From: Takakia lepidozioides
Lineage: Eukaryota > Plantae > Bryophyta
Direction: 5' to 3'
NCBI GenBank assembly: GCA_030704615.1
Contig: CM060732.1
Location: forward strand, 14,942,001-15,006,000
DNA: 64,000 nucleotides
Each line of letters starts with the position of its first letter. The stretch's first letter is position 1. A program made the translations under genes and the position numbers. The notes beneath the pieces were generated by a model that saw only the letters and a program-made list of their open reading frames with translations, searched no databases and was not told the origin of the DNA. Shown here piece by piece: positions 11,705 through 25,900 of this stretch.

Positions 11705-13256
11705 AGCAGGAATTGGAGGAGGTAGGGGGGACTGATACCCCAGGGCTATGAGGTCCTCATTCCAGCTAGGACCTCCTTTGGTGACTTTCTGTCAAGGCCC
11801 CCCGAGAACATTTGTCAATATATCAAAATGAGAAGGTGAAAAGGAGAAGGGTAAGGGTAGATGGTGTGTACAAAAACCACTAAGTACACTGATCAAATAA
11901 AGAGAGGGAAGATATACATGTCATGTCAAGACATGGACAAGACCGCTAAGGTCATTATTATTGAAAGACAAAACAGCCCTTTACAGGGCACCATCTAACA
12001 TTCCCTTTCATGTTTACAATCTCATTTGAATACCCCATTACATTTCAGGGTCTCTGAAAAAACAGGGCGGGAGGGTGGGATTCCAGGTCATTCATATCAT
12101 GAAAGCACCATAGTATGCATCATCATCTCAAAAATTCATTTCAAACTCATTTCAAAAACCAGATTGCAGGTTTGGTTTGAAGATGGTGTTTTAGAACCAA
12201 GATATAAGCAAGATTCTTAAAAAGGAAGAAGAAACATCAGGGTAGAGCCCCCTTAAGCAGGTATAGGCCTAGAATGGTATTTTAAGGCCTCATAAAATAG
12301 TTCTGCCAATGTGAAAGAGCAGCTCAGAAACCCCTGTTTGTTATCAAGCCATGAAACCAAAATGATATGAGGGCCTTGAAGAATGTGTGTTATCTGTCAA
12401 AGCCTATCCTTTTGATCCATCAGAGTCATACCAAGAAGTTTCATTTCAGAGCCAAGTATCAAGGCAGTCAGAGTAATAACTGCTATTTTGTATCCGTGTA
12501 CCCTTCATAGCTTAACTCCTACACATGCAAATGTGGTTGTAAAAAACCAGAAATAGGGGTAAGGAGAGAAGCAGATCCTCATTGGAGCCATCTTGGAGCA
12601 GGTCTGAAGCGGCATGGTGGCAGTTTGAACCAGCAGATGGCATCAGCAGCATAGGCAGCAGCAGAATCCACATTTGCAAGAACAAGAGCTGCAAGTTTCA
12701 AGAAATCAAGACAAGTGAAGACCCTCACCTGTGTCCGTCCCAAAAACCACCACATAGCGATGTGTGTTAGTGAGGATGCAGCAGGTGAGTGGCAGGTCTT
12801 CACAGTTGCTATCCATGTCAGTGTTGAATTCTAAAGCAAGTACAGATCACAATTCAAGCAAGGGTAAACTCAAAAAACCTTGAGTGTTTGTGGTATGCCC
12901 TGCGCCATGGCGTCCAACAGATCGTCTCCAACAAAACGCAATCAGAGTAGAAGCGTTCACAGATAGATTATGGCTCATACACAAAGAGAGAGCAACATGT
13001 AATCTGTAGATAAATAGGGATAGAGTACTTCCCAACAAGGAGTAAAAGCGCCGCTGCAAAATAAAGAACCATGAGTTTCTGATCAAAGCGATCACCGCTT
13101 TGTCGTCTGCCAGAGAAGAATCTGTTTAACCACCAATGCGCATCCCAAGAGCTAGCCATCACGAGTACCATGTAGCAGCAGGGGAGCAGGTTTATACGAC
13201 GCATCATCAAGGTTCACTGAAGCACGAGTTCAGTGCTGTGAAGTGTGTCGGCCTGC

Positions 13257-14082
13257 TTAGGGCACAACTTCCCGATTTCTCATCCAGGGTGGATGAAAAA
13301 TCACATTTTATAAAGAGAAAGCTGAGTAGCAACTGCTCAGTCACTTCCCTCCCCCCCCCCCACCTTTTTGTTTTTTCTTTGTTGCCCCCTCTCTCCCTCT
13401 GTCTCCCTCCTCGGAACTGGCCGGTTGCATCAGTGTTCTTTTCATGATCTTCCATCTATACTAGATGGACTCTAAAAGGTGTTTTCACCCGACTTGTAAA
13501 GGTTTTCTATCCATACCGGAAGAATCACCTGGGTGGACACTAAAGTACCTTTAAAAAGGACCTATAATTTTTCATTCCTCTTTTATTGACTTTCATCTAT
13601 ATCACATGAGTCACCAGAGAATGAGGAATTACCTCCATAGGGGTTATGACATTGGCATCCTATCTATAATTTTTCCATCCATGCCGGATGAAAATTACCA
13701 GGATTTGAATTCGTTTTATTCCCCCTTTATGCTTTTTTCCGTACTGGATGAGGCTTTCTCTTAAGGGATGACGAATTACCTATGAGGATGAAAAACCGCT
13801 GCCCTGGATGATGTATACTACTTCTTCATCTTGCTGATGGACCTCATCCAAATAAATGAACCTATTTTTTTTTTCATCTGGACCGGATGAAAAAAACAGC
13901 TTATGATGGCCATGGAGATTTTTTTAATTACCCTTGATTATTGCTAATTAAGGAGTGAAACCCTAACTCCTACCCTATAATCTACTGTTTAAACCTAGCT
14001 AACGGATGACATCCATCGGGTTTTTAAGAGAAAGGGTATTGATTATTCATCCCCGGATGAAAAATCGGGCTCTTCCCTAGGG
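13257..14082. mobile_element. ~820-bp non-autonomous TIR element related to the adjacent CACTA left end
   Basis: Imperfect inverted ends: tagggcacaacttcccgatttctcatcc versus the reverse complement tagggaagagcccgatttttcatcc. Many catcc/ggatg motifs. Segment 13320-13430 is repeated at 14340-14465. Confidence 0.55.
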
Positions 14083-14681
14083 TGTCTCTCCCGCTGTCAG
14101 CTGCATTCCTCGTGCTGCTGAGCTCGCGAGTTATGGCGTTTGAACTCTGCTGCTACCATGTCTGCTACTTCATGCCGGACGAGCTCCTGGGGATGCGCAA
14201 TGGCGGCGTCTTGTCTCTTCTCACAGGCGGGAGAACCCGCTGTGATGGCATCGTGCCCCTGACAGAGGTAAGATCTGTCCCTTTTGTTTCCCCAAGAGAG
14301 GGGGCAACCAAAAAAAACAGAGAATGTGGGGGGGGGATTGACTGAGCTGCAGCAGCTGCTCAGTCACTCCCCCCCCCCCCCCCCCACCTTCTTTTCTTTT
14401 CTTTGTTGCCCCCTGATGTCTCCCTCTCACTCCCTCTCTCTCCCTCTCTCTCCCTCTGGACACTGGGCATATGGAATTGTTGTCCCGACTTCCATCCTTG
14501 AGGAAAAGGAAAAAAATTGCAAAATTGGGTTGCAGGGAATTTTGCCGGATGGGAATCCAGCGCCGAATTTCCATCCTGCAGGCAAAAAATTCCAAGTTTA
14601 GTGTGTAACCAGTCAAAAAAACACGAAAAACTTGATGCAACGACTAAAAATTGTTGAAGAAGGGCCGATACGGGCGTCTGT

Positions 14682-15100
14682 GGATGGAAATTCGGCGCCG
14701 TTTTTCCATCCGGGGGATGTTCTTTGTCGGCCAGGTGTCGGCCTCTCCCCCCGAGACGACTTCATCCAACGGGCCTCGGATGGAAATTCGGCGTCGTTTT
14801 TCCATCCGGGGGATGTTCTCTGTCGGCCAGGTGTCGGCCTCTCCCCCCGAGACGACTTCATCCAACGGGCCTCGGATGGAAATTCGGCGCCGTTTTTCCT
14901 TCCGGAGGATCTTCTCTGTCGGCCAGGTGTCGGCCTCTCCCCCCGAGACGACTTCATCCGGCCGGCCTCGGATGGAAATTCGGTGCCATTTTTCCTTCCG
15001 GAGGCTGATCTCTATCGGCCTGGTGTCGCCTCTCCCCCCGAGACGACTTCATCCGAATGGCCTCGGCAGGAAATTCGGCACCATTTTTCCATCCGGGTGA
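14682..15100. repeat. 96-bp tandem repeat, ~4.5 copies (subterminal region of the CACTA element)
   Basis: ggatggaaattcgg recurs at 14682, 14778, 14874 and 14970, and is degenerate near 15065. Confidence 0.9.
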
Positions 15101-15158
15101 TGTTCTCTGGCAGGCACGTGGGGCCATCACCCTCCGATTTGACGCCATGTTGAATTAA

Positions 15159-18100
15159 ATGTTGCCCCTCATTCCTATGTATCAGGACTTTGTCCATCCC
15201 TTCCCGGTCTTTTCTCTTGGCACCCCATCCGAAAACAACCCAAGTACATCAGGCGGGAGCCCTGGGCGAGACGCCGCCCCCACGGTACTGGACGATGATG
15301 ACGATGATAGTGATAGTGACAGTGACAACAACAATGAGCATGAAATTAACCAGGAGGATGTGCAAGCCATGGAGGATCTCTTAATGCATCATGTGGGCGC
15401 TGATGCATCCCATGAAGAGGGAACCCGGCCAATCGATGATCCTGAAATGGCCCCCTCAAATGACATGGAGAGGGAGGCGAAAACTCCCTTGTACGACGGG
15501 GCGAAAGTGAGTCGACTTTCAACAATCTTACTTTTGCTCAATCTTCAAATTCGATTTGGCATAAGTAATGTTGGGATATCTGCCATAATGCGAACTATTG
15601 CAGACTATATCCTTGCTCCACACTTGAAACCCAAGATGCCACGGTCGCGAAAAGAGGCGCGCAAAGTCTTGGACTCTGTGGGGATGGGCTATAAGATTTT
15701 TCATGCATGTCCATGTGATAAAACCCTATACTACGGAGAGGATTCGCATCTCACCAAGTGCCCAAAGTGCAAAAAAGATCGATATCGGGATGATGTCCAA
15801 GGGAAAAAAGTACCACGCAAGGTATAAGCGTCATTCCCCCTCGTATGGAGATTATTTTCTTTAATCTTCTCAATGTATGTAAAGTGTATTCCACAAAGTT
15901 TAGGGTTTAGAGAGTAGTACTTATGCAAGATCTGATTGCGGTTTTGGAAGGAGTGAGTGAGGAGTGGAAGGAGCGACATTTGGTTTTGACCATTCACACC
16001 CAAATGAGGGAGAGACTGCATAAAGGGAAAGGCATAAGGGTGTTGTATTATGTGTGCTAATGGGATGATTACATGTGGGGGGCGTGGGATATTTCATCCT
16101 AGAAAATGCATTACTTTCCGATCATCCCGCGATTGAGGGCACCGTACCGAAGCCCCGAATTGGCCAGACTCATGAGATGGTACGCCTCGCATCGGAGCCC
16201 CCCGGAAAAGGTGTGCGGGCCACAAGATTCACAAGCATGGAGGCATATTGAAGAGATGTGGCCTTTTCTCTTGGAGGAACCACGACATGTCTACCTCGGC
16301 TTCTCCTCGGATGGGGTCAACCCATTATCTGTCCAGTCATGTAGTCATTCCACTTGGCCGGTGACCATGGTGAATTACAACATCCCTCCTTTTAATTAAA
16401 AAAGGCATATCATGTTGGCTGCCATTGTGCCAGGTGAGTGTACTCATTTCATGTTTATTATTGCCTTTGACTTTACATTAAACTTCTGATCTTTGACGCA
16501 ATTCAGATGCAAGATTGATGAGTGACATAATCATGGAGTAAGACGTGTAATTCATTTTGTAGTGTAATCTGCATATCGGTGGAGCATTGAAACAATGATG
16601 TGAATGTTTCATAGGGAAAAAACAAGAGGCAAACATGGACACGTACTTGCGACCTCTTGTTGATGAACTTAAAGAGCTATGGAGGGGGGTCCCGGCATTG
16701 GATGCTTCACTTGACCCTATGGCCGGACAATCTTTTCAGATGAGAGGCATCTTGCTTTGGACAATGCATGATTATCCAGGTATATTATGTTCCCCATGAA
16801 CAACCCGCGTACATTCACTTGTCAATGTCGGATAATATCGATGAAAATTGGGATTGATTGAAGTAGCGACAACAGTCTTGTGCACTGTAGTGGGGTAGAT
16901 AGCATTATGGGCCATGCACATGACAACTTTTTGTTTTTGCTAATGTGGCGGGATGTGTAGTATAGGACTAACTGTTTGCTCGGGGCTAAGCACCAAAGGG
17001 TACCATGCATGCTTGCATTGTGGCGATGATCTTGATGCACATAGCTCCTGCCATCTTCATAAGATGGTGTATCCCAACTACCGCAAATTTCTTCCTATGA
17101 GCCATCGATGGAGAAGAAGAGAGAAACACTTGTTTGATGGCAAAGAGGAAGTACGTCCCCCCCCTATGACACCGTCCGGGCAGTTTTGGGATGACCGATG
17201 GAAGGAGGCCCATGCAGGCACGGTCGGTGAAGTGGACGTGCCCGGCATGAAACAACTTTTAATCTTCTACGAGTTGTCATATTGGGCGATACATATTCCA
17301 CAAAAACACCGTCAATATCCTTATGCATGCATGTGATATTGCACATTTGGTATGCGTTGCATTGTCACTTTCACGTAAAAAATTTTGTGGAAGTCTTTGT
17401 GGGTGGGGATATATGTAGGACCTGAAGATTCGCCATCTTCTAGATCCCATGCATATTGAGAAGAATGTCTGCTCATCCCTTTTTCGGGTTCTTCATGGCA
17501 CGCCGACAAAGAAGGGAGTGGCTGCAAAAGGAGATTCTCTCGGTGTTAGAAAGGAGGTTGATGAGCAGGGTCGTATGCGCCATCTATGGGCCGAACAAAA
17601 TGGTGTGGACCCGAAGGGTATTGTACGGTGGAAGTATAGGCGCGCACCTTGGCAATGGACAAAGGAAGAATACAAGAAAGTGTTAGCCACCATAAGTGCT
17701 GTCCGAACATCAACTGGTTATGGGTCATCCCTTCGTACGAAGTTCAGCGAAGAAGACGGGGTCCATGGTTTGAAGTCTCATGACTACCACAATCTATTGC
17801 AAGACATCTTGCCCATTGCAGTATGTGGGACATTGACTCCCGAGGTTCGTGAGACAATCTATAGATTGGGAAACTTGTTCCGGTGGATTTGCTCCAAAGA
17901 GTTGGAAGAAGCAGATTTTTCACGCGGCGGAGGTAATGTGTATGTTGGAGATGCACCTTCCTCCCTCCTTCTTTGACATCCAAGTGCACTTGGTAGTGCA
18001 TTTAGTGGAAGAGGCTTCGATTGCCGGCCCCGTTCATTCTCGGTGGATGTACTTCCTTGAACGTTATATAAAGACTTTGAAAGGATTTGTAAGACAAATG

Positions 18101-19380
18101 GCGCACCCGGAGGGTAGCATGGCGGAGGGGTATACGTTGCAAGAAGCTATGTCCTATTGCACGGAGTACATGGCAAGGGTGGATGAGGAAGCCCCTCGGA
18201 TGTGGAAGGAAGAGGAGGATGCACGAACCAATGACATCGTTTTGCCCAAAAAAATCGAAGAGGGTAAAATTGCCGACCTTGGTGATTGAGCAAGCGCATG
18301 ACTTCATACTGAAGAACATCCCATCCATACATAAGTGGGAGACAAGATACAATAATCTTGTTCAGCAACGAGAGGAGGAGACGCTTGCATGGAGGCGGAA
18401 CCATCCAAGGCCGGTTACTAGACGCCCACGACGAGGAGCGGGCCGCCGGAATGTTCCTTCACAAAATTTGCCCAAGGAATTGCAGCCTCTAAGTTCATTC
18501 CAATAGTGGCTTCGGACTTCAGTTTATGACGTTGTTGCTCAAGAAGAGATGGTTTCAGATTTGGTGCAAGACATTGCAAGGGGCCTCTCTCAATTCGCGA
18601 CCTCATACACGGCGGTTTGGGTTCACGGTCGTTATTTCCGCATTCGTGCTCTTGACATGAAGCGCAAAACAACCTTTGATTCTGGCTTGTGTGGCACATA
18701 TTGGAAAGACTCCGTGTGGGGCAAGGGAGATACACGACCTGCTATGAGCAAACTTGAGTACATTGGAGAGCTTGAGAGCATACTCCAACTTCAGTATACA
18801 AGGTACCGGCCTCTTATCTTCAAGGGAAGGTGGTTCCAGCCACATCTTGTGGGGCCCTCCGCAACACTAGTGCAAGATGATTGTGGTTTCATGCGCGTCA
18901 ATGCAGATAGGCTCAACCCTACTCATCGTCCCTCCGATGAGCTTTTTTTCACGGCCTTCAGACATTGAGCAAGTTTTCTTCTCCGATGACAAAACAAGAG
19001 GGGGGAATTGGAAGGTGGTTGTGCATGCTCAGCCAAGAGGAAGACGTATCTATCATGGTCTCGGATCTCCATGGGGTGAGGCAATTACGGTGGACGGAGA
19101 GATTGGTCATAATGATGTTGATGATGGAGGTTGGGTAGAGGGGGTAGAAGAGGATGATGACGCCCCGGACAATGCATCCTGGACCCTATATGATGAAGTT
19201 CTAGAAGATACAGATGTTGGAGAAGGAGACGAAGACACGGCCATTGACAACGAGGTGGAGGATGATTCGGAGGTGCCTTTTAAGGGCCGGACCATTTATG
19301 ACGATGACTCCGATGACCAAGAAGACTTGCAGCTTGATGAGGATGAAGAGGCTCCGGATGATGATATTCAAGTTGATTAG
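15159..19380 (+). pseudogene. CACTA/En-Spm transposase (Tnp2/TnpD-like with DUF4218/DUF4216-like regions), spliced, several frameshifts
   Basis: Motifs HACPCD...CPKC...RY, YFPIIPRL, SSDGVNP, STWPV..NYNIPP, WTMHDYP, LDPMHIEKNV, GLKSHDYH, PSFFDIQVHL, RWMYFLER, PEGSMAEGY and DDCGF. GT-AG introns at about 15822-16102, 16433-16614 and from 16780. Confidence 0.9.
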
Positions 19381-19719
19381 ACACAAAATCAAAGCTACAT
19401 AACAATTCTCGCATCGAACTGGACCCATCCCTTCGATTGATTGTACATGTACATGCATATTGTACTTTATTTCTATGATTCATCAAATATGGCTGTGGCT
19501 GGTAGTCTTTCAAGAAAGAAGACAGATGCAATGAATATGTTGGAGCAACACATACAGATGTGGTATCAAGAAAATTATCAAAATGAATGTCACAATCTAC
19601 AAGAAGGTCCACAATAACAAGCTAAACCATAAAGAAAAACAAACACCCTACCCCAGTATCATATGAAAAAAAAAAAAAACTAGGAACCCCCAAAGGCCCT
19701 AAACCTAAACCTAGAAAGC

Positions 19720-20316
19720 ACTGCCGTCGTTGCCTGCGACCCCCACGCGTCGCCACCTGCGACGCGGTTTTTAGGCCGGGGGTGGCAAACAGCGATGGCA
19801 AACCGTCGCCATCTGCGACCTGTTTTTTTGAATGGATTTATGAGGCCGGGGGTCGCACACGGCGACGGCCAGCTGTCACACACTATGACCCGTTTTTTTT
19901 TTTTGGTAAGAATAGGGCAGCCGGGCAGTTTGCGACGCCCGGCCGTCGCAGGGGCCTTTTGCCCTTCATGCCACCATGCGACGGCCTGGCGTCGCAAGAA
20001 AGGGCTGCGATGAAAGAAGGGTTTTTTTTTTTTTTTTTTTTTTTTCGGCGTGCGACGAGCGGCTGTCGCCCGAAAGGGCTGCCTTCTGCCCTTTGCTGGG
20101 GGCGACGCTTGGGCGTCGCACGGAAGGGCTGCCATTTTCCCTTCATCACTCCGTGCGACGGCCAGGCGTCGCCGCCTGGCCCCGACACCAGGTGGCGTTT
20201 GGCTGCGACGGCCTGGCGTCGCAAACACGCTCTGCGGGGTTGGCGTCGCACGCTCGGTGCCGCGCGGGGCGTGGGGGCGCGGCTGGCGTCGCAAACCCCC
20301 CCCATTTGCTGTAGTG
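19720..20316 (+). mobile_element. CACTA right end: subterminal tgcgacg/cgtcgca repeats and terminal ...catttgctgtagtg
   Basis: The reverse complement of the end reads CACTACAGCAAATGGG. There are many direct and inverted TGCGACG motifs just inside it. Confidence 0.85.
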
Positions 20317-20984
20317 AGGGAAGATGCTTGCGTTGCAGGCGCAATCATCCTCCCAACCATTGCAACATCACCCTCTTCATTGTCAAGTCCTTTTGTTTTG
20401 ACACATCCTGGAGGTCATTTGGAGTTTCATTTTTCTTCTCTCGGGTTTCCACTACTCAACAGGCCAATGCAGAAGTGCTTGGGAGATGCTTGCGTTGCCA
20501 CAAGCATCCTCCCATGCACTGCGACACCTCACTGTTTGAATCATGCCCTCATTTTTGCCTTACATTGTTCTGTTTGCAGACCCGCGCCTCTGATGCAATT
20601 TGTCTTGTGGGTGAAGGCAAGCTACAGTGGCTCAGAAAAGTCCACTGTGTGGCCTACACAAGACGTCCCAAGGTTTTGCAAAATTTTGATTTAATGATTA
20701 TGGGAAAATTATAGTCGTTAGATTCATCCATGCTGAAAGATATGAATCATCTAAAGTTGACAGTAACAAACACTATGGCATTATTTATATTTCTCCTAGA
20801 AAAAGATATTATTCTTATTTTCTTATTTTATCTCCTATATTTTACATTTTTGCGAGCCACTTGCAACGACTAAATCGGCGGAGACTACGTTTGCGTGCCT
20901 TATTTGAAGTGCGGAGTGCGGAAATTCATCCGGGATGGAGGATGTAAAGTGCGCCGATAGTGTATTGCCACCACACTTACTCAC

Positions 20985-21141
20985 ATTAATTGGCTAACAT
21001 TCTCCTTAACTACACACTGTTGCAAGTGTAGCCACCAAGGGCCAGCGGGAAGTAGCATAGAGCCACGATGACATAGGCTGCTTTCGCTCCTTTCCACATG
21101 GGCATAGATGTCGGTTCTTTGAGGGTGGTCGGCAGTGTTCC
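20985..21141 (-). pseudogene. Isolated exon of a lysine/histidine transporter-like (LHT, AAAP family) gene
   Basis: GTLPTTLKEPTSMPMWKGAKAAYVIVALCYFPLALGGY matches the LHT segment Q(A/G)T.PST...P...PMW.G...AY..VA.CYFP.A..GY. It is bounded by ctgcag| and |gtgagt. No other exons are visible. Confidence 0.7.
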
Positions 21142-22989
21142 CTGCAGGTGAGGAATATTTTGGAATCTGTGCAAAAAAATAGAGTGAAAGTGCATTACAC
21201 ATTAATTGCTGGGACAACTATTTCTGGAGGTCGATTTGATGGCAATACCCTTGATCTGACGTTATATCGCATAGTGGGACTCACACTACTCTTCATCTAC
21301 ATGAATGTACCTTTTAGTGAAGTAAGTCCATTGTTTTACTTTGTTTTCATGCATTCATGTACTTTGGCAAAAATCAGTTTTTCGAGGCTTACAATAATAT
21401 ATAGAAGTAAGAAATTTCACTCGTTTGATGTTTTCTATAGGACTTTAGTATCTGTAAGAGTAGAGCAATAGTAATATGAGTCCCTTTTATTTTTCTAAGT
21501 GAGTGCAAAAAGTCCAGGGCAGTTGCAGGGTAGAGTGGACCAAAAGCGGCAGATTCGAGCCCACGCGCCTCCCATCATCCATAAGCCAATAGGCCAATGC
21601 TCTAAGAGCAGAATAATCAACAATGTTCTTAACTATCTTGACTTCCTCGTTTCCATGGAAGTCCATTTCCAAATTTAAATTTAACGATTGTTCCCCAAAT
21701 AATTTCAAATGATGATAGATGATGATATATTTAACATTTTTAGTAAAGGGTTTTACCTCAAACATCAAAGATAATTTTTACTGTAATTTTTAGTATTTAA
21801 TTTGAATAACACTTGATATATCAAAAGTTAATTTCAACGGATAATTTCAACGGATTTTTTCCATATTACACCTGACGCACCTTTCCTACGTCATTCTACA
21901 CCTCTTTAGAAAAGGTAAAAATCCCAAAATCCCCTTATTTGAAAAAATATGGACAAATGAAAATTGAGCTATTTTTTAAAATATAAATTAGTCCATAGCT
22001 CTTTATCTTTTATTTATTTTTCCATATGAAAGTGGATTTGGGGAGTATTCAAAAAAGTGCACCTCTAAACTGTTTTCCATTGTGCATTTTCACAAGTGTA
22101 CATTATGTTTATTTGGTCCATAAGTTTGTATGTTCTAACAATTACAGTCCACAATTACTCCTTTGAAAGTCCATATCTCTTCACTACAAAAACTTTTTGG
22201 GAATCTAACAATTGGGATATCGTCCCATTGTAGATAAGAACCTTACTACATAGAAATTGCAATGAAATTTTAAATTGTCGAATTTTTATAGGTGACACTA
22301 TCAAGGGGGGTCACCGCAAAAACTGCACAATTACGCAGTTTTGGTCCACCCTAGCCTGCTATAACAGTCCATAACACCTTTTTTTGTGGACTGTGGCACT
22401 GTCGTATTTTCTAAAGTCCATTACTTCGACAAATCAACTTCATTTCTTGGTGAGAGTTTCATTCTATGCATGCAAGGCAGCAGAGCGACATCTCTTTACA
22501 TTCGAGGGGGATGCAGATTTATACTCTCACGTGATAGCTCATTTCCACGAGCCTCGAGGGCTCCTCATCTGCCACGCAAACAAAATACATTGTCGTTACC
22601 GAGCCCTTGTCATTGAAAAGATATGGACATAGATGGGTATTTGGAGGTTTCTAGGCCATGTAATTGGAAATTCGACGCCATATTTCCAAAAATGGCCCCC
22701 ACAACTGCTACTATTGGAACTCGGTTTTCTGGAAGATCTGCAAATTTTTTCTTGCCGCCATCTTATTATGGATTCTATTTCGACATTGGACTGCCACGGG
22801 ACGTCAACGAATATCCAGAAGTCCATAATGTGTTTGAAAGAGATTACTTTAATATTGCCTGTCTCATTCCTGAAAATTTGGGGTGCATCTCCCATAACCT
22901 TCATCTTTAAAATTAAAATATGCACACATACATGAAGTGGGTTAAGTTAACTAGACTGCATGATATGTGGTTCGGTATTTTTTACATGT

Positions 22990-25900
22990 TCACTTAGCAG
23001 CATACCAATTTGAAGCATAATCAGCATCAACAGCCAGGGCCACATCTAAAAAGTTTCTTCCACTGAAAGGATGCATCATGGCATGTACAACTAAGTCCTT
23101 TGCAACCTGGACAGACTCTGTAGGCCCCTCCAAAATGACTTCATCATGTACCTGTCCATCCAGGCACATCAGTACTTGGATAGCCCTTCCTGTTACAATC
23201 AGAGAGTCCATTGATGTACCATGGAAACATGTATGTGTATGGACAAATAGAACCATAAGCAGACAAACAGGGTTGGTCTTCAAACTTGTAATCAAATTTT
23301 AGGATTGATCCATGTCCCAACTAATTAATATGGTTAGATCAAATGCAAACGTTATGAGAAGGGGCCAAGGCAAATGACCTGAAGCAGCAGTTTCCATCCA
23401 AGCTCACGAAGGGTCTCGTTGCAGTTGATCTCCAGCATGGCACACATTGCCACATCAGCCGCACTTCCCTGCTCACATTCACAAACCAAAACTCTAAAAT
23501 ACGTTCTCAGCACCTGTAATAGAACTAAAGCACTTGCTCAAGCAGCTACATGCCATAAGCTGAGATACAAGAGAAGCAACGGCTTCATGGCAGCAATGTG
23601 GCATACAATTAATCTTCAGATCTTCTCCCTACCCTGATCAGCAACTGTGAGAGTGTCCAATCCGGAATAAGTATGAACAAATAACAAGAACTACCTGTAC
23701 AGGTGTATTAATGGCAGCACGCTCCATATGAGAACGCAGGAACGCATTGAAGGAGTTGATATCAGGAAGATGTCGTGTTCTGCCCAGCAATGTACGGACA
23801 TGCAGAGTTCGGTGTGCTTCCTCTATCCGTTCTTTTTGCCAGGCCATCACTTCAGGCCTGTCTCTGTACCATAGGTCAAGGGTGGACTTTGCTTCGTCTA
23901 AGCTCACCTGTCTCTCCAAGGGACAAATTGATTCATCACACACAGCCAATCCAAATCACATCATCACGAGACTGATTTACGTAGTCAGCACCCTGTGTGT
24001 AAACTTCATCTACAGAATTGACTTTTCAGGTACATGCTGGAGAGAAGCTGTTGACACACTACGAATCTACATACATGATGCCCCTGGCCTTCCCGTAATG
24101 AGTCTAATGTTTACAAAACCTGTTCAGAAGTTAGTTTGGAAATTGCAGGAATTAAACTACCAAGATGAGTTCTGTGGAAGCCAACATCATGGCTTATACT
24201 CTAAATGGAAGTAGAGGCCATTAAGTGGAAAGCAACCGAAGCAGGAAGGACAAAAGAGGAGGTGTGATGGTCCTTATCTCACCTTCCAATCCTTTGAAAG
24301 GCCTTGCGCAGTTTTACCATATGCAATGGAAAAATTTAGCATTTTGGCTTTTCTTCTTTCTGATGCAAACATGTCCTGGAAAAGGAGACAGAAGTTTTAC
24401 GACGACACTGTAATCTTAGTACTGCATTCAGTACATACCTTAAGCATAATTTATAAATGCAGAATCTAAAAAAACCATTCAACCTCAGTCGCCAACCCAA
24501 TCTTTTATCAGACACTTGAGGACTTGTTTGGCTTATCCAGATTGCTTCCAAAATGTTTATCAAAAGAAATTTTCAAAGCCACTTGAGACAAAACATAAAA
24601 ACATGCCAAACGGTAATTTGCGAGTAGGCCCTTAAGGTTGAGTGAGCTTGGCCTGCAAGCAAAAGGTAATGCTCCAACAAAAATTTTAGACACTACATCG
24701 CGTAAATGCTAAGGGGTGTGTGATAATGAAGACCCACTTTGAGGAGAGGAACTGGAGATTTCTTTTCCCCAGGTTGGGGATCCCATTCAAGCAGCACTGT
24801 GCCCTTCTCCACAGCGTCACGTACATGGCCATACATGTTCATGGCCGTTCTGGAATGGAAGTCCCCACCAGCTATGAATGCATCTTTCATACTGCGGCAC
24901 TTTGCTAAATGGGCCAATATCCGAAGCTCCAACTGAAATATCACAATAGAAGAACTGTTAGATTGTAAGACTTTTGCCATAACCTTGCGGCCATAGACCT
25001 AAGAACTGTTAGGGAGAGAGAGACAGTGCCTGTACAACCTGATAGGAGAGAGGAGGAAGACTCCTGCCGAAACAAGCGTAACTTATGCTGTCACTTCACC
25101 GTGAAGGACTACTGCCTTCCGTTTGGAATGTGGACACCTTCTAAGAGCCAAAACCGGGGCAATGCAGTTGCCCAAACCTCCCAAGGACTCAAAAGTCCCG
25201 AGGTACCTAAACATTAGGTATCCGGCTAACCCAACTACCCCCCTTGTTTAGCTGGGTTGGCTATAATGGGTGACAACCAGCATACACCCGTGTGGCTTTG
25301 TAAGGCGGCCTTGTGCCCTAACCACTGGGTCATCTGCTGAATGCTCAACCTGATAGGAGGAAACATGCATAACCCTCCAGGAGGGATTGAAATTCCAAGA
25401 TTTTGCCCCAGAAATAATAACTCTGCCACAGGAGCGTGGGCTCACCATTGATTGAAATTCAGGTTCTTTGAATCAATGTCATCACCTGTACTCATGCAGT
25501 TCATATAGCTTCCTCGTTCAAATCCTTAAGTCCTCTGTTTCTGGTCTGCTTCTCAACTTCCTCCCGGTGCAAATTTTTCTCCTGCTATGGGCATGATTGG
25601 GTTTTGACCCTTGGCTGCTAGTGTAGGGATCTGTATTTTCAGATTCTTTGAAAAAGGTTGTCATAACTCAGGGCTTTGGCCAGCCTTGTGCAGTTAGGAT
25701 GGTCCACTCTGGTTGCTGCTCCAATTTAAGTCTCCCCTTGTTGGGTCACTCCAAGTAGGGATATAGACAGTCATTAAAGGTTGTTCCCCTGTTCATCATG
25801 GACAAGAAAAATGCAGGAAAGGAACAAGAAACACAAGGAGGACATGGGATTAGCAAATCTATCCATGGCTCTAAAATTTTGAGTTCTAGAGCCAACCCCA

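Noticed and set aside
14613-15153. Overlapping ORFs on both strands
   Set aside because: These are a by-product of a GC-rich 96-bp (32-codon) tandem repeat.
19680-20714. Long ORFs of 214-310 aa
   Set aside because: They span GC-rich CACTA subterminal repeats and homopolymer runs, with no protein motifs.
20958-20962. TAGTG as the CACTA right end
   Set aside because: Only one catcc/ggatg motif lies nearby and there is no matching left TIR; the end at 20316 is much better supported.
25005-25760. Possible solo LTR in a POP intron
   Set aside because: It starts with TGTTAG, but I could not find a matching CA end with a TSD.
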